A stretch of DNA of 63,110 nt from Draconibacterium orientale (lineage in GTDB: Bacteria; Bacteroidota; Bacteroidia; Bacteroidales; JAADGE01): positions 46,930 to 110,039 of the forward strand of contig DZBS01000001.1 of assembly GCA_022729995.1 (NCBI GenBank), written 5' to 3'. Of this stretch, positions 8,981 to 18,269 are shown in pieces. The notes beneath the pieces were generated by a model. The model ran no database searches and was not told where the DNA came from. It worked only from the letters and a program-made list of their open reading frames with translations. Each line of letters opens with the position of its first letter. Positions within the stretch are counted from its first letter, which is position 1. Made by a program: the position numbers and the translations under genes.

Positions 8981-10039
8981 TTAATTTTTTAATCTGTTTT
9001 TTGCTAAAATTATTGCTTCATTTAATTTTTGTGATAAAAGTTCTATGTTCGGAAGTTTTGTATAATATTCGGCAACTTTAATATGTTCATTTTTGTCGAG
9101 CATTAAATAGTTTATTTGTTCTTTTGATTTTTCGCTGCAAAGAATTAAGCCGATTGGCAAATTTTCTCCTTCTCGCATTTCATTATGTTCGAGCCATCTT
9201 AGGTAAAGTTCCATTTGTCCCTTGTATTCAGCTTTAAATTTACCAATTTTTAATTCTATAGCAATTAAAGATTTCAATCCTCTGTGATAAAAAAGCAAAT
9301 CAATATAAAAATCTTCATTGTCAATTATAATTCTTTTTTGTCTTGCAAGAAAGGCAAAATCTGTTCCTATTTCGGTTATAAAATTTTGTAAATTTTGTAA
9401 AATTGAACTTTCAAGGTCTTTTTCGCTGTAAGTGTCTTGCAAACCTAAGAAATCTAAGAAATACGGATCTCTGAAAGTTAAATCAGGTGATATTTTATTT
9501 TCTGCTTCAAGTAATTTTAAATCATTAATAATTGTATTTTCGGGAGTTTTGCTAATTGCCGTTCTCTCATAAAGCATGCTCGAAATTCTATCTTGCAGTG
9601 TTCTTACGCTCCATCTTTCATAATTGCACAATTGAATGTAGAATTCTCTTTTTAATTCATCAGATATTGATAAAATTGAATAAATATGCGACCAGCTCAA
9701 TTGTGCAGACACTGTCTGCACAATTTCAAAATCCGGAAATAGTTCATAGAATTTAACAAAGTTATGTAAATTTCGTTTACTAAAACCTCTGCCGTATAAA
9801 CTTGTTAATTGAATTCCTAATTCTGTAATTATATTTTTACCGTAGTCGGCTCTGTTATTTTTAAGAATATCTTGATTTATTTGCTTTCCAATTTGCCAAT
9901 ACAAAATAGAAAGTTCCGAATTTATTGTTTGAGCAACTCTTTTTCGGGTTGAATCAATTAGTGATACAATTGAATTTATCAATTCTGATTTATTAATCTC
10001 AAGATTACTCATTTTATTTACATAGATAGATTTCTCCAA
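8981..10039 (-). CDS. YhcG/DUF1016 family PDDEXK nuclease-like protein
   Basis: 352 aa. The C-terminal core IDLLFYHRGLKSLIAIELKIGKFKAEYKGQMELYLRWL is a PD-(D/E)XK-like motif typical of DUF1016. Confidence 0.75.
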   Translation of the reverse strand: MEKSIYVNKMSNLEINKSELINSIVSLIDSTRKRVAQTINSELSILYWQIGKQINQDILKNNRADYGKNIITELGIQLTSLYGRGFSKRNLHNFVKFYELFPDFEIVQTVSAQLSWSHIYSILSISDELKREFYIQLCNYERWSVRTLQDRISSMLYERTAISKTPENTIINDLKLLEAENKISPDLTFRDPYFLDFLGLQDTYSEKDLESSILQNLQNFITEIGTDFAFLARQKRIIIDNEDFYIDLLFYHRGLKSLIAIELKIGKFKAEYKGQMELYLRWLEHNEMREGENLPIGLILCSEKSKEQINYLMLDKNEHIKVAEYYTKLPNIELLSQKLNEAIILAKNRLKN

Positions 10040-10124
10040 AAATATGTATTTTTTGTCGAAATTTAAAAAAAATCAATTTAAGCATTTTAAAAAACAGATT
10101 TACAAACTATAAAATAAACACATC

Positions 10125-10154
10125 AAAAAAGGCTGTCGTAATTAAACAACAGCC
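10125..10154 (-). terminator. Rho-independent terminator of fsa/tal
   Basis: On the - strand, stem ggctgt/acagcc is followed by T6, about 30 nt after the stop. Confidence 0.55.
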
Positions 10155-10184
10155 TTTATATTTATATTGATATTTTATATTTTT

Positions 10185-10844
10185 TTATCCGTTAACTTTT
10201 TTATGGTCGGCCAAAAATTTTGCAAGTCCGATATCTGTAAGCGGATGATTTAATAATCCCATAATTGCATCAAGAGGTGCGGTAATTACATCTGCTCCGG
10301 CTTCGGCACATTGGATAATGTGTTGTGTGCTGCGAATTGATGCTGCAAGAATTTGTGTGTCGAAGGCATAAAAATTATACATTTCAGACATTTTGTGAAT
10401 TAGCTCAACTCCGTCGGAAGAAATATCGTCTAATCGGCCAATGAAAGGCGAAACAAATGTTGCTCCGGCTTTTGCTGCTAAAAGTGCTTGTCCTAATGAA
10501 AATACAAGCGTGCAATTGGTTTTTATTCCTTTATCCGAAAAATATTTTATTGCTTTTATTCCGTCTTTTATCATTGGAATTTTAACAACTATTTGAGGAT
10601 TTAATGCTGCAAGAATTTCTCCTTCTTTTATCATTCCTTCAAAATCTGTTGCAATTACTTCGGCGCTAACTTCGCCGCCTTTGGCAATTTGGCAAATTGT
10701 TTTGTAATGGTTTTTTACGTTTTCATCGCCTTTAATTCCTTCTTTTGCCATTAACGAAGGATTTGTTGTTACTCCGTCTAAAATTCCTAAGTCTTGAGCT
10801 TCTTTAATCTGGTCAAGATTTGCAGTATCTATAAAGAATTTCAT
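10185..10844 (-). CDS. fsa: Fructose-6-phosphate aldolase / short transaldolase
   Basis: 219 aa. Motifs MKFFIDTANLDQIKE..GVTTNPSL, VKIPMT-like VKIPMIKDG and FVSPFIGRLDD. Confidence 0.9.
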   Translation of the reverse strand: MKFFIDTANLDQIKEAQDLGILDGVTTNPSLMAKEGIKGDENVKNHYKTICQIAKGGEVSAEVIATDFEGMIKEGEILAALNPQIVVKIPMIKDGIKAIKYFSDKGIKTNCTLVFSLGQALLAAKAGATFVSPFIGRLDDISSDGVELIHKMSEMYNFYAFDTQILAASIRSTQHIIQCAEAGADVITAPLDAIMGLLNHPLTDIGLAKFLADHKKVNG

Positions 10845-10900
10845 TGTGTATATTTTTTAATTATTGAAGATGTGAAATTTGGATTTTTTTCAAAAAAAAG

Positions 10901-11000
10901 TGGGTAAGCTACTTATATCGCACTGCTCAACTTAATTACCCTTGCTTCGGTCAGGACCTGGGGGAGTTCAAAAGGAGCTAGCCGTATAAGACTTACCCGT
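10901..11000 (-). ncRNA. ffs: SRP (4.5S)-like small RNA hairpin
   Basis: GC-rich island of about 100 nt in an AT-rich spacer. The terminal helix is GGGUAAG/CUUACCC. The - strand reads CCCCCAGGUCCUGACCGAAGCAAGGGUAA, which is close to the SRP helix-8 consensus CAGGUCCGGAAGGAAGCAG, with the AGG/AGCA symmetric-loop bases retained. T8 follows the closing stem directly on the - strand, and TATATTTG lies just upstream. Confidence 0.5.
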
Positions 11001-11003
11001 CGC

Positions 11004-11032
11004 AAATATATAACACTTTTTTACAACCAAAA
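11004..11032 (-). promoter_or_regulatory. Bacteroidota-type promoter for the small RNA
   Basis: On the - strand, TTTG (11029-11032) is followed after 17 nt by TATATTTG (11004-11011), which matches the -33 TTTG / -7 TAnnTTTG consensus. The implied TSS is near the GGGUAAG 5' end. Confidence 0.45.
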
Positions 11033-11159
11033 AAAAAATCAGCATTTTAATAAAAAAAATTCCGAAGCAAAGTTTTTAGGCTGTTAATAACTAAATTCAG
11101 TAAAAAAAAATTATTAATTTATATTTGTAAGATTTTTAAAATTAAAACATAAAGTATAG

Positions 11160-13289
11160 ATGAATAACAAGCATGTTGAAATTATAGCAAGAAGTTTAGG
11201 AATTACGCAAAAACAAGTTTCAAATACAATGTCTCTTTTAGATGAAGGAGCAACAATTCCTTTTATCAGCCGATACAGAAAAGAACTTACCGGAAGTCTT
11301 GACGAAGTGCAAGTTGCATCTGTTCGCGATTTATATGAACAATATACAGAACTCGAAAAACGAAGAGAAAGTATTATAAAATCTATAGAAAAACAAGATA
11401 AACTTACCGATGAACTTCTAAATAAAATTAATGCAACATATAATATTACAGAATTAGAAGATTTATATTTACCATATAAAGTAAAGAAAAAAACAAAAGC
11501 AGTTGTTGCAAAAGAAAAAGGATTGGAACCTTTGGCTTTGGAAATTCTTAAACAAACAAATATTGATGTAGATGATTTTGCATTAAAATTTGTTAACGAT
11601 GCAGTTCCCAATACAGATGAAGCTTTGCAAGGAGCACGCGATATTATTGCAGAAATTATTAATGAAGATACAAAAGCAAGAGATATTGTGCGTTTGGAAT
11701 TTAAACGTTCTGCTCTTGTAAGTTCAAAAGTTGTAAATTCCAAGAAAGAAGAAGCAGCAAAATATGCCGATTATTTTGAGTTCGACGAGCCTTTGGCAAA
11801 AATTCCTTCGCACCGATTAATGGCAATTTTGCGTGCTGAAAGAGAAGGTTTTTTAAGAGTGAAAATTAATCCGGAAGCGGAATTTACTGTTGAAAAACTA
11901 CAACGAATTTATGTGAAAGGAAAAAATTCTGCCTCGAAACAAGTTGGCGAAGCTATTGAAGATTCTTACAAAAGACTTTTGGAGTCTTCAATAGAAACCG
12001 AATACAGGAATTTGGCAAAAGAAAAAGCAGACAAAGAAGCTATTGACGTTTTCTCACAAAATTTACGTCAGCTTTTATTAGCTTCACCTTTGGGCGAAAA
12101 ACGCATTTTGGCTCTCGATCCCGGATTTAGAACAGGTTGTAAAGTTGTTTGTCTCGACAGTCACGGAACGCTTTTACACAACGAAACTATTTACCCGCAT
12201 GCACCTCAAAACGAAACACTTTTGGCTGCAAAAAAAATATCTTCACTCGTAAATGCATATCAAATAGAAGCAATTGCAATAGGAAACGGAACTGCAGGCA
12301 GAGAAACCGAATATTTTATAAGAAGTGTTGTTCGTTACGATAAAGAAATTCAAGTTTTTGTGGTAAGCGAAGACGGAGCTTCGGTTTACTCGGCTTCAAA
12401 AGTTGCCCGCGAAGAATTTCCAGAATATGATGTAACTGTTCGCGGAGCAGTTTCAATCGGACGAAGATTATCTGACCCGTTGGCTGAGCTTGTAAAAATC
12501 GACCCTAAATCTATCGGTGTCGGTCAATATCAGCACGATGTTGACCAAAAAATGTTGCAAAAAAGTTTGGACACAGTTGTTGAAAGTTGCGTAAATACTG
12601 TTGGTGTTGATTTGAATACTGCAGGAAAATATCTTTTAAATTATGTTTCCGGACTTGGTGCACAATTAGCTCAAAATATTGTGGATTATAGAAATGAAGC
12701 AGGTGGATTCAAATCGAGAAGTGAACTGAAAAAAGTAAAAAGATTGGGCGATAAAGCTTTTGAGCAAAGTGCCGGATTTTTAAGAATCAGAAATGCCAAA
12801 AATCCTCTTGACAATACATCTGTTCATCCAGAATCGTATTATATTGTCGAAAAAATGGCGAAATCATGCGGAGCCGGAATTAAAGAATTTATTGAAAAAC
12901 CAGAACTTCGTAAACAAATCAATTTAAATTTATTTATTGATGATAAAATTGGACTTCCAACTCTGAAAGATATTATGACAGAGCTTGATAAACCGGGAAG
13001 AGATCCTCGCGAGCAAATTAAAATATTTGAATTTTCAAAAGATGTTTATAAAATCGACGATTTGAAAACAGGAATGGTTTTGCCCGGGATTATTACAAAC
13101 ATTACTAATTTCGGTGCTTTTGTAGATGTTGGAGTTAAGCAAGACGGACTTGTTCACATTTCTCAATTAGCCGACAAATTTGTTTCAAATCCGAATGACG
13201 TTGTGAAACTGCATCAGCATGTTAAAGTAAGAGTTGTTGAAATTGACACCGAAAGAAAAAGAATTCAATTAACAATGAAAGATATTTAA
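11160..13289 (+). CDS. tex: Tex-like transcription accessory protein with C-terminal S1 domain
   Basis: 709 aa. The N-terminus IPFISRYRKE.TG, a YqgF/RuvX-like centre, HhH motifs, and the C-terminal S1 domain (GIITNITNFGAFVDVGVKQDGLVHISQL) support the call. Confidence 0.9.
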   Translation: MNNKHVEIIARSLGITQKQVSNTMSLLDEGATIPFISRYRKELTGSLDEVQVASVRDLYEQYTELEKRRESIIKSIEKQDKLTDELLNKINATYNITELEDLYLPYKVKKKTKAVVAKEKGLEPLALEILKQTNIDVDDFALKFVNDAVPNTDEALQGARDIIAEIINEDTKARDIVRLEFKRSALVSSKVVNSKKEEAAKYADYFEFDEPLAKIPSHRLMAILRAEREGFLRVKINPEAEFTVEKLQRIYVKGKNSASKQVGEAIEDSYKRLLESSIETEYRNLAKEKADKEAIDVFSQNLRQLLLASPLGEKRILALDPGFRTGCKVVCLDSHGTLLHNETIYPHAPQNETLLAAKKISSLVNAYQIEAIAIGNGTAGRETEYFIRSVVRYDKEIQVFVVSEDGASVYSASKVAREEFPEYDVTVRGAVSIGRRLSDPLAELVKIDPKSIGVGQYQHDVDQKMLQKSLDTVVESCVNTVGVDLNTAGKYLLNYVSGLGAQLAQNIVDYRNEAGGFKSRSELKKVKRLGDKAFEQSAGFLRIRNAKNPLDNTSVHPESYYIVEKMAKSCGAGIKEFIEKPELRKQINLNLFIDDKIGLPTLKDIMTELDKPGRDPREQIKIFEFSKDVYKIDDLKTGMVLPGIITNITNFGAFVDVGVKQDGLVHISQLADKFVSNPNDVVKLHQHVKVRVVEIDTERKRIQLTMKDI

Positions 13290-13291
13290 AA

Positions 13292-13882
13292 ATGTGTATT
13301 GAAATTTTTTATATTGACAAAAAAATAACTCTGAAAAGAAACGAAAATTCGCATGAGAATATTTCTCTTTTAAAAGAAAAAATTTTTGATTTTTTGCTTG
13401 ATAAAGAAAAAGTTGAAATGGAAATTTTTTCAGATAATTCCGATGAATTACTATTGCATATTAAATCTTTTTTCAAATATATTGAAGCCGCCGGCGGAGT
13501 AGTTTTCGATAAAGAACATAAAAACATTCTTCTTCTGGAAAGACTCGGGAAGTGTGATTTGCCGAAAGGTAAAATCGAAAAAAACGAAAAACCCGAAGAA
13601 TCTGCAATTCGCGAAGTTTCGGAAGAGTGCGGAATTTACGGTCAACGAATTTTAAAAGAAATTCAACCCACATATCATATTTATATTCTAAACGAAAAAT
13701 ATTATCTAAAAAAAACATATTGGTTTGAAATGGAATATTATGGAAATGAAAAACCGACACCTCAAATTACCGAAAATATTTCTAAAGTTTACTGGAATAA
13801 AATCTGTGATTTAGAACAATGTTTGGCTAATACATATTCAAATTTATACTCAATATTTGATAATTATCAAAGAATTTTATAA
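13292..13882 (+). CDS. NUDIX hydrolase
   Basis: Nudix box GKIEKNEKPEESAIREVSEECG. The start is 3 nt after the tex stop. Confidence 0.75.
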   Translation: MCIEIFYIDKKITLKRNENSHENISLLKEKIFDFLLDKEKVEMEIFSDNSDELLLHIKSFFKYIEAAGGVVFDKEHKNILLLERLGKCDLPKGKIEKNEKPEESAIREVSEECGIYGQRILKEIQPTYHIYILNEKYYLKKTYWFEMEYYGNEKPTPQITENISKVYWNKICDLEQCLANTYSNLYSIFDNYQRIL

Positions 13883-13983
13883 GGGTTTAAAATATTAATA
13901 TATTTATATTTATAACTTTATTGTTATTTTTATTTACACTAAATAAAGATTTTGTAAAAAAAAAAAAAAAGTATAAAAATAAA

Positions 13984-14013
13984 TTGTCATAGAACAATAT
14001 GTTTATACTTTTG
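13984..14013 (+). promoter_or_regulatory. Candidate Bacteroidota-type promoter of the nqr operon
   Basis: TTG (13984-13986) is followed after 19 nt by TACTTTTG (14006-14013, TAnnTTTG), 30 nt upstream of the nqrA ATG. Confidence 0.35.
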
Positions 14014-14042
14014 GAAAAAAATTAAAATCATTATATTCAATT

Positions 14043-15398
14043 ATGTCAGATTTAATTAGAATAAAAAAAGGTTTAGACATCAATTTAGAAGGAAAAGCCG
14101 AGAGAAATTTGTCGGAAACAAAAACATCGGTATTTTATGCCGTTAAACCAACAGATTTTCACGGATTAACACCCAAAGTTATTGCTAAACCCGGAGATGA
14201 AGTAAAGGCAGGAACGCCGTTATTTTATGACAAATACAAACCAAATGTGCTGTTTACGTCACCGGTAAGCGGAAAAATTAGCGCAATAAACAGAGGTGAA
14301 AGAAGAAAAATTCTCGAATTTGTTGTTGAAGCTGACGGAAAAAATCAAAGCGAAGAATTTGTAAAATCTAACCCAAACGAACTTTCAAGAGAAGTAATTA
14401 AAGAAAATCTTCTTAAAAGCGGTTGTTGGCCTTATATTCTTCAAAGACCGTTTGCAATTATTGCAAATCCGAATGACATTCCGAGAGATATTTTTGTTAC
14501 AACATTCAATTCTGCACCATTAGCTCCGGATTTCGATTTTGTTGTGAAAGATGATTTTGAAAATTTCCAAACAGGTATTAACGCATTAAGAAAATTAACC
14601 GACGGAAAAATTTATTTGGGAATAAAAGCCGGGCAAATATCAAGCCTTTATAAAACAACCGCAAATGCCGAAAAAGTTGAATTCTCGGGCCCGCATCCTG
14701 TCGGAAATGTTGGAACTCAAATAAATAAAATAAAACCTGTTAATAAGGGTGAAATTGTTTGGACTTTAAACGCAACAGAAGTTATAATTATTGGTCGATT
14801 GTTCAACAAAGGAATTTATGACCCGACAAGAATCGTTGCAATTACAGGTTCCGAAGTAATCAGACCAGCTTATCATAAAGCAATTTCAGGAATTCAAATA
14901 GAAAAATTAGTTGAAAATAACATCAAAACAACCGACGGCGAAATAAGATATATTTCAGGAAATGTTTTAACCGGAGAAAAAGTTTCACCAAAAAATTTCT
15001 TAGGATTTTATGATTCTCAACTAACAATAATTCCTGAAGGAAACGAACCTGAATTTTTAGGTTGGGGCGCTCCCGGATTCGGAAAATTCAGTATTTCAAG
15101 AACATTCTTTTCGTGGCTGAATAAGAACAAAGAACTTAAAATTAATACAAATCTTAGAGGCGGAAAAAGACCTTTTATTGTAACAGGCGAGTTCGAAAAA
15201 GTTTTTCCTTTGGATATTTTACCAATGCAATTATTGAAAGCAATTCATGTGAAAGACCTTGATTTGATGGAAGAACTCGGTATTTACGAAGTTGCCGAAG
15301 AAGATTTTGCATTATGCGAAGTAATTAACACATCTAAAATAGAAATTCAAAAACTTGTTAGAGAAGGTTTTGAATTTATGATAAAAGAATTAGGTTAA
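14043..15398 (+). CDS. nqrA: Na+-translocating NADH:quinone oxidoreductase subunit A
   Basis: 451 aa with the NqrA-typical N-terminus (IKKGLDINLEGKA). It is the first gene of the nqrABCDEF order. Confidence 0.9.
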   Translation: MSDLIRIKKGLDINLEGKAERNLSETKTSVFYAVKPTDFHGLTPKVIAKPGDEVKAGTPLFYDKYKPNVLFTSPVSGKISAINRGERRKILEFVVEADGKNQSEEFVKSNPNELSREVIKENLLKSGCWPYILQRPFAIIANPNDIPRDIFVTTFNSAPLAPDFDFVVKDDFENFQTGINALRKLTDGKIYLGIKAGQISSLYKTTANAEKVEFSGPHPVGNVGTQINKIKPVNKGEIVWTLNATEVIIIGRLFNKGIYDPTRIVAITGSEVIRPAYHKAISGIQIEKLVENNIKTTDGEIRYISGNVLTGEKVSPKNFLGFYDSQLTIIPEGNEPEFLGWGAPGFGKFSISRTFFSWLNKNKELKINTNLRGGKRPFIVTGEFEKVFPLDILPMQLLKAIHVKDLDLMEELGIYEVAEEDFALCEVINTSKIEIQKLVREGFEFMIKELG

Positions 15399-15453
15399 TA
15401 TTTGAAAATAGATTTAGATATAAAATCATTTTATGAATACAATTAATATTCCG

Positions 15454-15534
15454 ATGAAACACCCATGCATTTATCTTGATGCTAAAAAAATAAATTATTT
15501 TGGATGTTCCTATCTGACCTTTAAAATTAAATAA
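15454..15534 (+). CDS. Candidate 26-aa micro-ORF MKHPCIYLDAKKINYFGCSYLTFKIK (alternative reading: conserved RNA hairpin) inside the nqrA-nqrB spacer
   Basis: Intact ATG..TAA that ends 9 nt before the nqrB ATG. It is collinear, without indels, with 3327-3404. Confidence 0.3.
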   Translation: MKHPCIYLDAKKINYFGCSYLTFKIK

Positions 15535-15543
15535 ATAAAATAG

Positions 15544-16755
15544 ATGAAAGGATTAAGAAAATATATAGAAAAAATTAAACCAAGATTTGAGAAAGGCGGA
15601 AAATACGAAAATTGGCATTCCGTTTTTGAAAGTTTTGAAACATTTTTGTTTGTTTCGGGTGAAACTGCTCCCAAGAAAGGTGCACATATCAGAGATGCAA
15701 TAGATTCAAAAAGACTGATGAGTGTTGTGGTAATTGCATTAATTCCCGCAATGCTATTTGGAATGTGGAATTCAGGATATCAACATTTTTTATCCTTAGG
15801 ACAAAATGTTGCTTTTTTTCAAGAATTTTGGCACGGATTCATTAAAGTTCTTCCTATTATTCTTGTTTCATACATTGCAGGATTAGGAACAGAATTCGTT
15901 TTTGTTTACATCAAGAAAAAAGAAATTGAAGAAGGATTTTTAGTTTCCGGATTATTGATTCCTTTAATTGTTCCTGTTGATATTCCATTATGGATGGTTG
16001 CTGTTGCAACAATTCTTGCAGTAATTTTTGGAAAAGAAGTTTTTGGCGGAACAGGAATGAATATTGTTAACCCTGCACTTTTAACAAGAGCGATACTATT
16101 TTTCGCTTACCCTTCAAAAATGTCGGGTGATAAAATTTGGATTTCGGGTTTAGAAAAAGGAACAGGAATTGTTGACGGATTTTCCGGTGCAACACCTTTA
16201 GCTCAAGCTGCTTCTACTACACACGAACAATTAACACAACACGGATTTCAATTCTTCGACGGATTTAAAGAAAATGCAATAAATTTCTATGACATGTTTA
16301 TGGGCTGGATTCCGGGTTCGATTGGAGAAACATCAACTTTAATGATACTAATTGGTGCCGCAATTTTGCTGTACACCGGAGTTGCAAGCTGGAAAATTAT
16401 GCTTTCCGGACTTGTCGGTGCAGCTGTTATGGGAATCATGCTAAATACGTTTGCAACACCTACAAATCCATATATGGCTTTACCGTTTTATTATCATTAC
16501 GTAATGGGCGGATTTGCTTTCGGTCTAGTTTTTATGGCTACCGACCCTGTTTCTGCAGCTCAAACAGAACGAGGAAAATGGATTTACGGGTTTTTAATAG
16601 GAGTAATGGCAATTCTTATTAGAGTTTTAAATCCTGCATATCCGGAAGGAATGATGCTTGCAATATTATTGATGAACGTATTTGCTCCGCTGATTGACTA
16701 TTATGTTATAAGAGGAAATGTTAGTAAACGTTTAAAACGTGTTAAAGTAAAATAA
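15544..16755 (+). CDS. nqrB: Na+-NQR subunit B
   Basis: 403-aa polytopic membrane protein. It has an SGATPL flavinylation-type motif (FSGATPLAQ) and similarity to RnfD (57002..58003). Confidence 0.9.
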   Translation: MKGLRKYIEKIKPRFEKGGKYENWHSVFESFETFLFVSGETAPKKGAHIRDAIDSKRLMSVVVIALIPAMLFGMWNSGYQHFLSLGQNVAFFQEFWHGFIKVLPIILVSYIAGLGTEFVFVYIKKKEIEEGFLVSGLLIPLIVPVDIPLWMVAVATILAVIFGKEVFGGTGMNIVNPALLTRAILFFAYPSKMSGDKIWISGLEKGTGIVDGFSGATPLAQAASTTHEQLTQHGFQFFDGFKENAINFYDMFMGWIPGSIGETSTLMILIGAAILLYTGVASWKIMLSGLVGAAVMGIMLNTFATPTNPYMALPFYYHYVMGGFAFGLVFMATDPVSAAQTERGKWIYGFLIGVMAILIRVLNPAYPEGMMLAILLMNVFAPLIDYYVIRGNVSKRLKRVKVK

Positions 16756-16819
16756 TTTTCAATATAGAAATTATATAAAAATATAGATATTTTAAAAATA
16801 AGTTCATAATTTTATACAC

Positions 16820-17542
16820 ATGAAGATAAATACTAACAGCAACTTATACACTTTTATTTACGCATCGGTTATGGTAATTTTGGTTGCTGCCGGATTAGCT
16901 TTCACAGCTTATAAATTACAACCTGCACAAGATAAAAATGTTAGAGTAGAAAAAATGCAAAATATATTACAATCGGTTGGAATTGAATCAACTGTTGATA
17001 ATGCGGAAGAACTTTTCGGAAAATACGTTATAAAACAAATCGTTGTAAACACTAAAGGTGAAGAAATTAAAGGAAGTGCTTTTGATGTTAATTTAAAACA
17101 ACAGTTCAAAGCTAAAGATGAAGAAAAACAACTTCCGATGTACTTTGTAAAATTAGACGACGGCTCCACAAAAACAATTATTCCGCTCACAGGAAAAGGT
17201 TTGTGGGGACCAATTTGGGGTTATTTATCTTTAAACGATGATTTCAACACAATTTACGGCGCTGTATTCGACCATAAAGGAGAAACTCCCGGACTTGGAG
17301 CCGAAATAAACAAAGATTCTTTTGAAGATCAATTAAACGGAAAAAAACTTTTTGAAGGCACTGAATTGGTTTCAATTACAGCTCACAAAGGCGGAAAAGG
17401 TTCTGCATTAAAAGCCGGCGATACTCAACACGGAATTGATGCAATTTCCGGAGGAACAATTACAAGTAAAGGACTTGAAAAAATGCTTAAAGAAGAATGG
17501 CTTTTCGCTTATAAAGCTTTCTTATCGAAAAACTTAAAATAA
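16820..17542 (+). CDS. nqrC: Na+-NQR subunit C
   Basis: 240 aa with a single N-terminal TM helix and the FMN-attachment motif DAISGGTITS. Confidence 0.9.
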   Translation: MKINTNSNLYTFIYASVMVILVAAGLAFTAYKLQPAQDKNVRVEKMQNILQSVGIESTVDNAEELFGKYVIKQIVVNTKGEEIKGSAFDVNLKQQFKAKDEEKQLPMYFVKLDDGSTKTIIPLTGKGLWGPIWGYLSLNDDFNTIYGAVFDHKGETPGLGAEINKDSFEDQLNGKKLFEGTELVSITAHKGGKGSALKAGDTQHGIDAISGGTITSKGLEKMLKEEWLFAYKAFLSKNLK

Positions 17543-17583
17543 TTAATATAAATGATATTCATTAAAAATTAAAATATAATACG

Positions 17584-18222
17584 ATGGGTAAAAATATGAA
17601 ACTTGTTACAAATCCTTTAAATCTGAATAATCCAATTTTGGTTCAGATATTAGGTATTTGTTCAGCTTTGGCGGTTACGGTTAAACTTGAACCTGCAATA
17701 GTTATGGCTGTTTCGGTTACTTTAGTTGTAGCATTTGCAAACGTAATAATTTCTTTGCTCAGAAATACAATTCCTTCAAGAATTAGAATTATTGTTCAAT
17801 TAGTTGTTATTGCAGCTTTGGTAATTGTTGTAGACCAAATTCTTAAAGCATATTCCTACACTGTGAGTAAACAACTTTCGGTTTTCGTAGGTTTAATTAT
17901 AACAAACTGCATTCTTATGGGACGTTTGGAAGCATTTGCTTTGGGAAATAAACCATGGCAATCTTTTCTCGACGGAGTAGGAAACGGAGGCGGTTATTCG
18001 CTTATTCTTATTATTGTTGCTTTTGTTAGAGAATTACTCGGTAGCGGAACTTTAACATTACCTTCAGTTGGAGAAATACAAATTATCCCTCAAAGTTTTT
18101 ATGATGCAGGATATCAAAATAACGGATTAGTTATTTTACCGCCTGCAGCATTAATTATTGTTGGTGTTATTATTTGGGTTCAACGATCATATACACGCGA
18201 ACTAATTGACGAAAAGGAATAG
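17584..18222 (+). CDS. nqrD: Na+-NQR subunit D
   Basis: 212-aa membrane protein ([11 protein letters not shown]), homologous to RnfE. Confidence 0.9.
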   Translation: MGKNMKLVTNPLNLNNPILVQILGICSALAVTVKLEPAIVMAVSVTLVVAFANVIISLLRNTIPSRIRIIVQLVVIAALVIVVDQILKAYSYTVSKQLSVFVGLIITNCILMGRLEAFALGNKPWQSFLDGVGNGGGYSLILIIVAFVRELLGSGTLTLPSVGEIQIIPQSFYDAGYQNNGLVILPPAALIIVGVIIWVQRSYTRELIDEKE

Positions 18223-18269
18223 TTCAAAAACAAAACTTATTATAGTAAATAATATTAAATTTATATAAA

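Noticed and set aside
10901-11000. + strand orientation of the small RNA (it would place a C-UUCG-G tetraloop at 10946-10951)
   Set aside because: The + strand has no adjacent promoter-like motif or U-tract. Its loop sequences (UGCU/CCUG) are the complements of the SRP consensus. The - strand has both a promoter and a T8 tract. The + orientation cannot be fully excluded without expression data.
11114-11743. 209-aa ORF on the - strand that overlaps the 5' end of tex
   Set aside because: It is entirely antisense to a confidently identified Tex gene. Its low-complexity S/F/I-rich translation is typical of the antisense frame of AT-rich coding DNA, and no motif is present.
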